A model generated the notes under the pieces. That model ran no database searches, had not been told where the DNA came from, and saw nothing but the letters and a program-made list of their open reading frames with translations. Positions 57,018 through 64,000 of a DNA stretch of 64,000 nucleotides are shown in pieces. Made by a program: the position numbers and the translations under genes. Source of the DNA: a virus; IMG/VR virus record IMGVR_UViG_3300042519_001698, one strand, 5' to 3'. Numbering within the stretch: the first letter of the stretch is position 1; the number at the start of each line of letters is the position of its first letter.

Positions 57018-58575
57018 ATAACATCATTCTTGAACCAATTAGGAAGTTACTTAAGAATGGGGAACCCGGCTGAGTGTTTCCACTTAATTTATAGTTAAAA
57101 CTAAAACCAAATCGTTTGGTTAATTTATAGTCAAAAGAACTACCTAATAAGAATCCCATATGTCTATTAACTGTTGTCACCCCTGTAGAACTATTCCAAG
57201 AAATTGGTGAGAACATTGTAAAAATTTGTGGAGACACCGTTAATTTTTTTGAATACGTATATGGTTTAGTCCAAAACGCAATCGCAGAACTTGCCATATT
57301 ATAATCATATCCCTTTCCATTATTAAGGAATAAATTAATTATACCGACATTGTATCCAAATGTTCCCTTTTTAGGTGTTGGTTTAATCCAAGTATAACCT
57401 AACAGATTCATATAGTTACCCCCAAGATATGCAAATGCGGTTCCGTATGAATGTATAGCGTCTAAGTTACCATCTTTAGTCATTGCCATTTTAGTATACC
57501 CACCAGTTGTTACAATTGAACTTAAATCACTATTAATTGTCAATCCCCCACTAAAACTTTCATCTCCAGCCATAGATGATTTACTTATACCCGTAGATAT
57601 TTGTACCAAATACCTATTATCTGGTGTTTGTGCCGTTGTTAAATCGGAAGATAAAAGTAATGGATTTGTTATTGATTGTTTTTTCTTTTCTTCCTCTTTT
57701 TTCTTTTTCTCTTCCTCTTTCTTTTTTTCCTCTTCTTTCTTACTTTCTTCTTTTTTTTCTTCACTCTTACTTTCTGATTTTTTCTCTTCAGTTTTTGTCT
57801 CTTCTTTCTTTTCTTCGGTTTTAGTTTCCGTTTTCTTTTCTTCTGTCTTACTCTCAGTCTTACTTTCAGTTTTTGATTCTGTTTTAGTTTCCGTTTTACT
57901 TTCTGATGATGAACTACTGCTAGATGATGAACTACTGTTAGATGATCCACCGCTAGATGATGAACTACCACCACTTGCCGGTGGTGGTGACGAACTACTA
58001 CTTGATGGTGGTGGGGTACTTACAGGTGGTGGTGTTGATACACTACTTGCCGCCGACGATGCTGCACCACTTGCAGCACCACTTGCAGACGAACTTGCCG
58101 CAGAACTTGCGGCGGATGACGCCGCACTACTTGCGGCTGAGGATGCTGAATTACTAGCGGCGGATGATGCACTAGCCGCAGCAGCGTCCGCCGCCGCTTT
58201 CGCCGCAGCATCGGCAGCAGCTTTTGCCGCCGCGTCCGCCGCCGCTCTTGCTGCAGCATCTGCCGCCGCTCTTGCTGCAGCATCTGCCGCCGCTCTTGCT
58301 GCGGCTTCTTGAGCTAATCTAACCACATCATTTTGTGGACATGGTGTTGCAAATACACTATTCACCCATATTTGAAATGCACCACTACTTATGTCGGCTA
58401 ATGTTACAATTTTAGACTTACCTCTAATAACCGCAACGGTTTGATTTTGACCAAATGGGATTATAACCACATATACTTTTTGATCACACGGATCAATATA
58501 TGTTTGTGTTATGGTTTGACCAAACGACTCACTACAAAAAAATAATATTAGGAGAGATACTATTATTTTTTTCAT
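57016..58575 (-). CDS. Secreted/outer-membrane protein: Cys-pair N-domain, Ala/Ser/KE-rich stalk, C-terminal predicted beta-barrel
   Basis: Signal peptide ending ESFG-Q; AAAD repeats; alternating-residue strands in the last ~240 aa. Confidence 0.7.
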   Translation of the reverse strand: MKKIIVSLLILFFCSESFGQTITQTYIDPCDQKVYVVIIPFGQNQTVAVIRGKSKIVTLADISSGAFQIWVNSVFATPCPQNDVVRLAQEAAARAAADAAARAAADAAARAAADAAAKAAADAAAKAAADAAAASASSAASNSASSAASSAASSAASSAASSSASGAASGAASSAASSVSTPPPVSTPPPSSSSSSPPPASGGSSSSSGGSSNSSSSSSSSSSSESKTETKTESKTESKTESKTEEKKTETKTEEKKEETKTEEKKSESKSEEKKEESKKEEEKKKEEEKKKKEEEKKKQSITNPLLLSSDLTTAQTPDNRYLVQISTGISKSSMAGDESFSGGLTINSDLSSIVTTGGYTKMAMTKDGNLDAIHSYGTAFAYLGGNYMNLLGYTWIKPTPKKGTFGYNVGIINLFLNNGKGYDYNMASSAIAFWTKPYTYSKKLTVSPQIFTMFSPISWNSSTGVTTVNRHMGFLLGSSFDYKLTKRFGFSFNYKLSGNTQPGSPFLSNFLIGSRMML

Positions 58576-59390
58576 TACTTATTATTCAATCCGATTGAAA
58601 TTTGATGATATCCTCTGATTGGGTCTGTATCTAATTTTAATGTGACGAATTTGAAATCTTTTATAATACCAACTTTAAATGTGGTGAACGAAGAATTTGA
58701 TTTCGGAAATGAGATACCACCTAAGTCATCTTTACCTTGCCATCTGATAACCTCATTACCAAATCCTATCATACCATGTATTCCTATTTTACCTATTCTT
58801 TTACCGGCACCAACATAGAAAGTGGATTCTTTTTTCCAATCATTTTTACTAAGTGGAAAATCAACATTGTTAATTTGACCATATGGATAATAGCTGTTTT
58901 GGTCTATTGCATAAGTCATTACATAATCCATAATGAAATATCCTTTCTTACCACCAACAGTTCCCCAATATGATACTTGTTTATTATTTGTATGTCCAAA
59001 TCCAAAAGAGGTATAAACTCTTTCTTTTCTAATTGTGTCTCTTTTACCACTTTCGTATATGTGAATTACACTTCTTTGTCTCCACCCAAAATCATCATAC
59101 CAAATGTAAGGTATTGGTTGATACCACCCCCAATTACCCCAATAATAACCAAACTGATTATTTCTATTCCAATTTTGAATACGAACTCTACCACGTTGGT
59201 CTGGTTGTAATTGTTGTGGTGAGTTATTTCTCCAACTACTTACATTATTTTGTTGTGGTACAGATGGTTGAACTCTTGTTTGAGTTGATTGTGATGATGA
59301 TGGAATACTTCCACCAGTTTGTCTCCAAGTTGATACTTGACCAAACATTAATGTCGGTGTTAACATTAAAAATAATAAGAGAGTTTTCAT
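58575..59390 (-). CDS. Secreted protein with Q/R/W-rich N-terminus and predicted C-terminal beta-barrel
   Basis: Signal peptide; amphipathic strands (TSFGFGH, FYVGAGK, GMIGFG, FKVGII, ISIGL). Confidence 0.65.
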   Translation of the reverse strand: MKTLLLFLMLTPTLMFGQVSTWRQTGGSIPSSSQSTQTRVQPSVPQQNNVSSWRNNSPQQLQPDQRGRVRIQNWNRNNQFGYYWGNWGWYQPIPYIWYDDFGWRQRSVIHIYESGKRDTIRKERVYTSFGFGHTNNKQVSYWGTVGGKKGYFIMDYVMTYAIDQNSYYPYGQINNVDFPLSKNDWKKESTFYVGAGKRIGKIGIHGMIGFGNEVIRWQGKDDLGGISFPKSNSSFTTFKVGIIKDFKFVTLKLDTDPIRGYHQISIGLNNK

Positions 59391-59413
59391 AAATGTGTTT
59401 TTATATAAATATT

Positions 59414-59442
59414 AAAAAAGGGGGTTATAACACCCCCCTTTT
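59414..59442. terminator. Bidirectional-type intrinsic terminator
   Basis: A6-GGGGGT...ACCCCCC-T4. Confidence 0.75.
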
Positions 59443-59465
59443 AAATAATTATCTAAATCTTTATG

Positions 59466-60188
59466 TTACTTGGTGAAGATTCCTTTCTTAATCATCCTAT
59501 CAAGAATGTTCGCACATGCAATGTCTAACGCCTTTTTGGTTGCAATACTAATTGTTGACTGATTGAACTTAATTGGATCAATGGTTGCGTCTGATAATAA
59601 AGTTAATTCTCTTTTTGTTGTTGCTTCACCCAAACCTGACCCACCAAATACAACACCTGTCTCGGCATTTGTAAATCTAACCTGAAGACCAATACGAGTT
59701 ACCATATTGTCTTTAATACCGTCTTTAAGGTTGATGGTTTCATCTTCTGATACTGAGTAGTCATAACACTCAATTGTTACAAAATACTCTGCCAAGTTGA
59801 TTTTACCACGACCATCTAACTTATTTTCAGAAATACCTGCGGCCGATGCTTGAAATTGTTTTACCATACGGTTCTTAATTTCTGTCTTATCTTCTGTGAA
59901 TTTGAATCTGTTTAAGTTTTCAAGGTATTCCATTGATATATTTGCTACACCCAAACCTACACGTTTTTCTTTCAATTCGGGGTACATCTCATACATCTCA
60001 TCAGAAATACCTGCTTTTAATATTTGAATTGGAATTTGAGGACCGTCGTAGTCCATGTAAGCACTTATATCTCTTTTCTTTTCAAAGTCTGCCTTATAGT
60101 CTTCCGTTTTAGTTTTACCTATTGTTTGAGCACTAACGACAACACCGCTTAGTAAATAAACACTTAATAATATTAATAATTTTTTCAT
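59466..60188 (-). CDS. CsgG/HfaB-family protein; start moved to MKKLLILL
   Basis: Signal peptide; LENLNRFKFTE, AEYFVTIECYDY, IGLQVRFTNAETG, STISIATKKAL resemble the CsgG fold. Confidence 0.75.
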   Translation of the reverse strand: MKKLLILLSVYLLSGVVVSAQTIGKTKTEDYKADFEKKRDISAYMDYDGPQIPIQILKAGISDEMYEMYPELKEKRVGLGVANISMEYLENLNRFKFTEDKTEIKNRMVKQFQASAAGISENKLDGRGKINLAEYFVTIECYDYSVSEDETINLKDGIKDNMVTRIGLQVRFTNAETGVVFGGSGLGEATTKRELTLLSDATIDPIKFNQSTISIATKKALDIACANILDRMIKKGIFTK

Positions 60189-60193
60189 ACATT

Positions 60194-60430
60194 TTATTTT
60201 AATTCTTTTAAACAAATTCTATCTAATTCTTCGGGTCTTAATGCAAATGTTTGTTCTACGTGACCATTATTTGAAATCAAATGAACCATCCATAATCCTA
60301 ATCTTTTTTTCTCTATTTGAATTCTTTGACCTGTTATAAATCCCATGTCCATTAAACGTAATCTTAAACAAGGTTTACAATTTTCACATATTTCACTTTG
60401 GGGGACATCTATAATATCATAGGATTTCAT
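60194..60430 (-). CDS. feoA: FeoA-domain protein
   Basis: RLRLMDMGFITGQRI...FALRPEE. Confidence 0.8.
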   Translation of the reverse strand: MKSYDIIDVPQSEICENCKPCLRLRLMDMGFITGQRIQIEKKRLGLWMVHLISNNGHVEQTFALRPEELDRICLKELK

Positions 60431-60452
60431 GTTATTTTATTTATAAATATAT

Positions 60453-60483
60453 AAAAAGGGGAGTTAAAAACTCCCCCTTTTTT
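60453..60483. terminator. Bidirectional-type intrinsic terminator
   Basis: AAAAAGGGGAGTT-AAA-AACTCCCCCTTTTTT. Confidence 0.8.
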
Positions 60484-60733
60484 AACCTTCTAATACTTCT
60501 TCTTTCTTTTTGTGAGAGAATTTATCCAAAGTGTCAGCACCCATTCCAATTCCCGTGATTAACATCACCGCATTTACCAATTCAGGTGATGGAGCAAAAT
60601 CCGCGTGAGAGAACGAATTTAAAATCATTGTAATACATAGGAATAAAGCACCTATCATTGCTATTACCGGTTTTACCGATATTGATCCTCTTTCATCTTT
60701 GAAAAGTTCAATAACCCATTGTTTAAAGTTCAT
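60482..60733 (-). CDS. Small two-TM membrane protein (holin-like)
   Basis: Two hydrophobic segments; charged C-terminus. Confidence 0.6.
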   Translation of the reverse strand: MNFKQWVIELFKDERGSISVKPVIAMIGALFLCITMILNSFSHADFAPSPELVNAVMLITGIGMGADTLDKFSHKKKEEVLEG

Positions 60734-60762
60734 AATTTTTTGTTTTTTGTCTTTTGTTTATT

Positions 60763-61392
60763 TTATCCTTCCATATGCATTTCTGCATTTTCATCTTTTA
60801 TTTTACCACATTTCAAACACTCCTCAATACCGTCTCCGTCTGAATCACCCCAAACGTGTTGACATTGTCTGTGTGCGAAATACATATCAATTTTACCGTC
60901 ACCATCGAAATCAATACCATCCATTGTACCATCACCGTCTTCATCAACTTCTACACCTGTTCTTGGTTGAACCGTTGGTACCTGTTCAAATGTATCGTTT
61001 ACCTTTTCTATTTTTGAGTTTTCAATAGCAGTTTGAAACGCCTCAGGTATGATTGGTGTGTTGTTTGGTGGGGTATCTGGTAAATCGGAGGTACTTGATA
61101 ATGATATACCATCTTCCTCATCCATCTTTTGAACTAACATCTTATCCTTATCAGTATCACTAAACCAATAGTCAATGATTTTACCATAAGAACCAATGAA
61201 TGCTCCTAATAACAATAATAGAAGTTCTTTCCACTCTCCTTCTATTGCTGATTTATTTAATATAGCGAAGAACATTCCTCCTATTATAAACATAAATCCA
61301 CCCAAAACTAATGCGGTGATGTACCATCTTCTGGCCATCATATTACTTAATAAATCTTTAAAACCACTTGGGGGTTGATTATTTTCTGCCAT
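60763..61392 (-). CDS. Two-TM membrane protein with DxDxDG repeats and C-terminal Cys/His motif
   Basis: DEDGDGTMDGIDFDGDGKID; CQHVWGDSDGDGIEECLKCG. Confidence 0.7.
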   Translation of the reverse strand: MAENNQPPSGFKDLLSNMMARRWYITALVLGGFMFIIGGMFFAILNKSAIEGEWKELLLLLLGAFIGSYGKIIDYWFSDTDKDKMLVQKMDEEDGISLSSTSDLPDTPPNNTPIIPEAFQTAIENSKIEKVNDTFEQVPTVQPRTGVEVDEDGDGTMDGIDFDGDGKIDMYFAHRQCQHVWGDSDGDGIEECLKCGKIKDENAEMHMEG

Positions 61393-61415
61393 TTTACTTA
61401 TTTTCTTTTTTTAAT

Positions 61416-61574
61416 TTATGGTCTATTCCATGACCATCCTTTTTTTCTACCTCTTATTATTAAATAACTACAACCTCCAATAAAAAATGTTAAAAACATC
61501 GATTGAGAATCAAATACAAACATAGCTATCATACATAATACGATTACAACTATAAAACTTAATCCCTGTTCCAT
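61416..61574 (-). CDS. 52-aa two-TM membrane peptide (absent from the ORF track)
   Basis: MEQGLSFIVVIVLCMIAMFVFDSQSMFLTFFIGGCSYLIIRGRKKGWSWNRP. Confidence 0.65.
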   Translation of the reverse strand: MEQGLSFIVVIVLCMIAMFVFDSQSMFLTFFIGGCSYLIIRGRKKGWSWNRP

Positions 61575-61583
61575 TTTAAATTT

Positions 61584-61892
61584 TTACCACTTAGGGGCCT
61601 CTTCCTTAAACTCATCACCTTCTTTTTTCTTAGGTTTTGCAACCGGTTGTGCTGGTGTTGACTTTTCTTTAATGATAACAGTTTTACCACCACCCGCAGA
61701 TTGTTGTTGAGTTTGATTAGTTGTAATGTTAATTACAGGTGCAGCTTGTACTGGTGCCGGTTCAGCTTTGTCACCACCTAAAAGTGTTGATAACCATACT
61801 CCACCCGCAGTTACTAATGTTCCTGCAACCCCAATTATTGTCTTTTTTAATCCTGACCAAGTTCCTTCTGATTGTTCTACTTCTTCTGACAT
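61584..61892 (-). CDS. Single-TM membrane-anchored protein
   Basis: IIGVAGTLVTAGGVWL followed by a P/A/Q/K-rich tail. Confidence 0.7.
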   Translation of the reverse strand: MSEEVEQSEGTWSGLKKTIIGVAGTLVTAGGVWLSTLLGGDKAEPAPVQAAPVINITTNQTQQQSAGGGKTVIIKEKSTPAQPVAKPKKKEGDEFKEEAPKW

Positions 61893-61911
61893 TTTATTTG
61901 TTTTTAATTTT

Positions 61912-62283
61912 TTAGTTTATTTTATTGAAATCTGTAATTCCTAATTGTTTATTATTAGAATCGAATAACCCTATTCTGTATGCTGATGATGGTAATGCGT
62001 TAGTGTATACTTTTAAAAGGTTATCACCGGCAATTACATTCATTGTTTCTTTAGACACTACCCTATTTGAAATGTCGAATATCTTAACCGTTACCGAACC
62101 CGCGGTTTCAGTTTTAACGTTCATTGCCACTTCTGAAGTGACAAATGCTGATTGTAATTTAATACCAATAGAACTTGTCATTTTAAGATCTTCCGATACT
62201 GATTGAGGTGTTGGTAAAATGTCATCTTTGTAACATCCTGTTAAAATTGTGGATAATAACACCATTGAGAGAATTTTTTTCAT
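61912..62283 (-). CDS. Lipoprotein with T9SS-CTD-like Ig fold; start moved to MKKILS
   Basis: LTGC lipobox followed by YKDD; VKIFDISNRVV...LPSSAY. Confidence 0.7.
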   Translation of the reverse strand: MKKILSMVLLSTILTGCYKDDILPTPQSVSEDLKMTSSIGIKLQSAFVTSEVAMNVKTETAGSVTVKIFDISNRVVSKETMNVIAGDNLLKVYTNALPSSAYRIGLFDSNNKQLGITDFNKIN

Positions 62284-62294
62284 TTTTGTCATTT

Positions 62295-62636
62295 TTAATT
62301 TACTATTATTTTTGTTTTTTTCAATTCATTTCTATCCACACTTTCAAGTACCAAATATAAATATCCTTTAGGTAGGGAATTGGTATAAATCTTCTTGACA
62401 TTTTCACCATTTTGTCCAATAAACTTTTCTCTACTTATAATTTGATTTGTTGTAACATCTATTAAAGTTAACATGTAGGTACCTTCAGACGGTAAGTCAA
62501 AATATATTGATTGACCATTTGTAACTTTACTTTCATCCACATTGAATATTTTTTCAACAGTCATAATTGGGGTTGGTAATTCAGGTTTAGTACACCCCAC
62601 CAATAAAATCAACGATATTAATATTATCTTTTTCAT
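62295..62636 (-). CDS. Lipoprotein with T9SS-CTD-like Ig fold
   Basis: LVGC lipobox; C-terminus LPKGYLYLVL...KTKIIVN. Confidence 0.7.
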   Translation of the reverse strand: MKKIILISLILLVGCTKPELPTPIMTVEKIFNVDESKVTNGQSIYFDLPSEGTYMLTLIDVTTNQIISREKFIGQNGENVKKIYTNSLPKGYLYLVLESVDRNELKKTKIIVN

Positions 62637-63529
62637 TAAAATTGAAAGTTTGTTCCTATCATGAATAGAATTGGGTTACTCTTTTTATATCCAACCGATT
62701 CACTTAATTTATCCCAAGTTGTGTTATACCTAATATTGGTATTCAATACAAATCTTTTAGTTATTTTCCAATCAATAGATGTACCATAATATAAGTCCAA
62801 ATTGAAATCCTTTAAATATGCCAAATCGGATTCAGTACCATCTTTAAATACTTTGTAGATATCACTCATTGCAAATATTTGTGGTGAGACGTTTACTCTC
62901 TTTGTTTTCAATGTATAGGTGTACATCACCATACCTCTATAACTTATTTCACTTGATGCCGGCACCATTGGATATATTAAATCTTTAAAATCACCATTTT
63001 CATCTACCGTATATTTTCCTTCCCATTGACCTTCATATGTTCCCCAAAAAGATTTTGATGTAATTAAACTATATCCAAATGTTCCAAACTTTTTAGTTCT
63101 GAATACATCTATGAATGATAGTGTAATATCTTTTTGGAAATCAAAATCGGTTGAATAAAATGATTGTAATGTAGTAGTTCTCTTATTCGTATTTCTATTG
63201 AAACCATATCCTACTCCATAATATTTCCATATAGGGTTTATTGACGCTGCGAATGTGTGTCCCCATTGACCATTCATAGATGATTTATTGTAACCCAAAT
63301 TAATAGTAGTTGATACTTGTCTACCAATTATACCAACTGAAAGATTTGATGATGATAGAACATCTTTTGAAAAATTAATATAAGATTGTAATATACCCAC
63401 ATCGTTCCAATCATCACTTTCTCCAAATAATTCTTTTGGTGATAATTGTAATGTATCAGGTTTTACGATTTGTGCGTTTACAACAAACCCAATTAAAACT
63501 AACGATATGGTTAATAATAGTTTTTTCAT
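62636..63529 (-). CDS. Outer-membrane beta-barrel protein
   Basis: Signal peptide; many amphipathic strands; C-terminal IGTNFQF (terminal Phe, BAM-type). Confidence 0.75.
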   Translation of the reverse strand: MKKLLLTISLVLIGFVVNAQIVKPDTLQLSPKELFGESDDWNDVGILQSYINFSKDVLSSSNLSVGIIGRQVSTTINLGYNKSSMNGQWGHTFAASINPIWKYYGVGYGFNRNTNKRTTTLQSFYSTDFDFQKDITLSFIDVFRTKKFGTFGYSLITSKSFWGTYEGQWEGKYTVDENGDFKDLIYPMVPASSEISYRGMVMYTYTLKTKRVNVSPQIFAMSDIYKVFKDGTESDLAYLKDFNLDLYYGTSIDWKITKRFVLNTNIRYNTTWDKLSESVGYKKSNPILFMIGTNFQF

Positions 63530-63825
63530 TTATATAATAAATCTAATATTTTACTTTTGAATTCTCTGTAAAAAACTGATTCGATGCTCCACCTCATAAG
63601 TTCGTCTTTTCTTATCCTATATCTATATCCGTCAAATATAAATTTTTCAGTCTCAATATCATCTATTAGATAAGCCACTTCCATATCTACTTCTTCTTCT
63701 TCTCTTCTATATTGATTATACCAACTACTAGGAACTTGAATAAAACACTTAACATTTACAATTTTATATTTACCTGTGTGAGAGATAAAATTCTTCATCT
63801 CATTATATTCAAATGATATATTCAT
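63526..63825 (-). CDS. Hypothetical protein
   Basis: 99-aa ORF. Confidence 0.65.
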   Translation of the reverse strand: MNISFEYNEMKNFISHTGKYKIVNVKCFIQVPSSWYNQYRREEEEVDMEVAYLIDDIETEKFIFDGYRYRIRKDELMRWSIESVFYREFKSKILDLLYK

Positions 63826-63830
63826 AATTT

Positions 63831-64000
63831 TTAATTTATTTTTATTTTTAATTGTGTTCCATTCTTATTGACAGCATCGGTTGTTGATATTGAAGTTAAA
63901 CCCAAAGTACCACTCAATCCTATTAATGGTAAAAATGTTATTTTATATTCTGTTGTTTTATCCAATAATGTTGAACCATCAGTAATCAATGAACCTAATG
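63831..64000 (-). CDS. 3' end of a gene truncated by the window edge (...GLTSISTTDAVNKNGTQLKIKIN)
   Basis: Open frame to TAA at 63831; beta-rich. Confidence 0.6.
   Translation of the reverse strand, partial: LGSLITDGSTLLDKTTEYKITFLPLIGLSGTLGLTSISTTDAVNKNGTQLKIKIN

Noticed and set aside
255-61206. Numerous antisense or nested ORFs in the track (e.g. 255-581, 19678-20073, 29473-30045, 30721-31281, 39157-39666, 41269-41757, 45072-45485, 57669-57974)
   Set aside because: They lie inside well-supported genes and have the Ser/Phe/Leu-biased composition of shadow frames
62248-62256. Second DnaA-box match (tgtggataa)
   Set aside because: Single copy inside a signal-peptide coding region; plausible by chance
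59466-63529. Complete curli (csgBAC/DEFG) operon
   Set aside because: No curlin repeats or recognisable CsgE/CsgF in the window; only the CsgG-like fold is supported
1-64000. Stop-codon reassignment as seen in some huge phages
   Set aside because: Long genes are intact in code 11, and TAG (phoH, 34579) and TGA (RNA ligase) act as true stops

Overview
About 64 kb of an AT-rich, T4-like (contractile-tailed) large/jumbo phage genome in standard genetic code. It most likely belongs to the bS21-encoding phage group infecting Bacteroidota. Host evidence: TTTG-N20-TAnnTTTG promoters, a Bacteroidia-type bS21 retaining Tyr54, no Shine-Dalgarno signals at the starts inspected, a DUF4494-like gene, and lipoproteins with Bacteroidota-type signals. 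The window holds tail sheath, neck and terminator genes, a SNF2 helicase, a family-B DNA polymerase, a glycosyltransferase/nucleotide-metabolism block, a gp55-like late sigma factor, a spike-like gene, the full head module (MCP, scaffold, protease, bS21, portal, TerL), a divergent Hsp20/ClpC pair, an RNA-repair triad, and a ~7 kb cluster of envelope proteins (CsgG-like protein, three predicted beta-barrels, T9SS-CTD-like lipoproteins, FeoA, small membrane proteins). Best leads: (1) the CsgG-centred outer-membrane module; (2) a TATTTAT(A/T) motif upstream of late genes, the reverse complement of the T4 late promoter; (3) shared peptide tags (R-[IM]-K-x-L-M; [IL]-T-E-[ED]-Q) that may route cargo, including a pterin dehydratase, into the capsid; (4) an N-domain-less ClpC with a possible UVR adaptor; (5) a candidate structured sRNA. 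All family calls come from motif recognition by eye; no database search was run.
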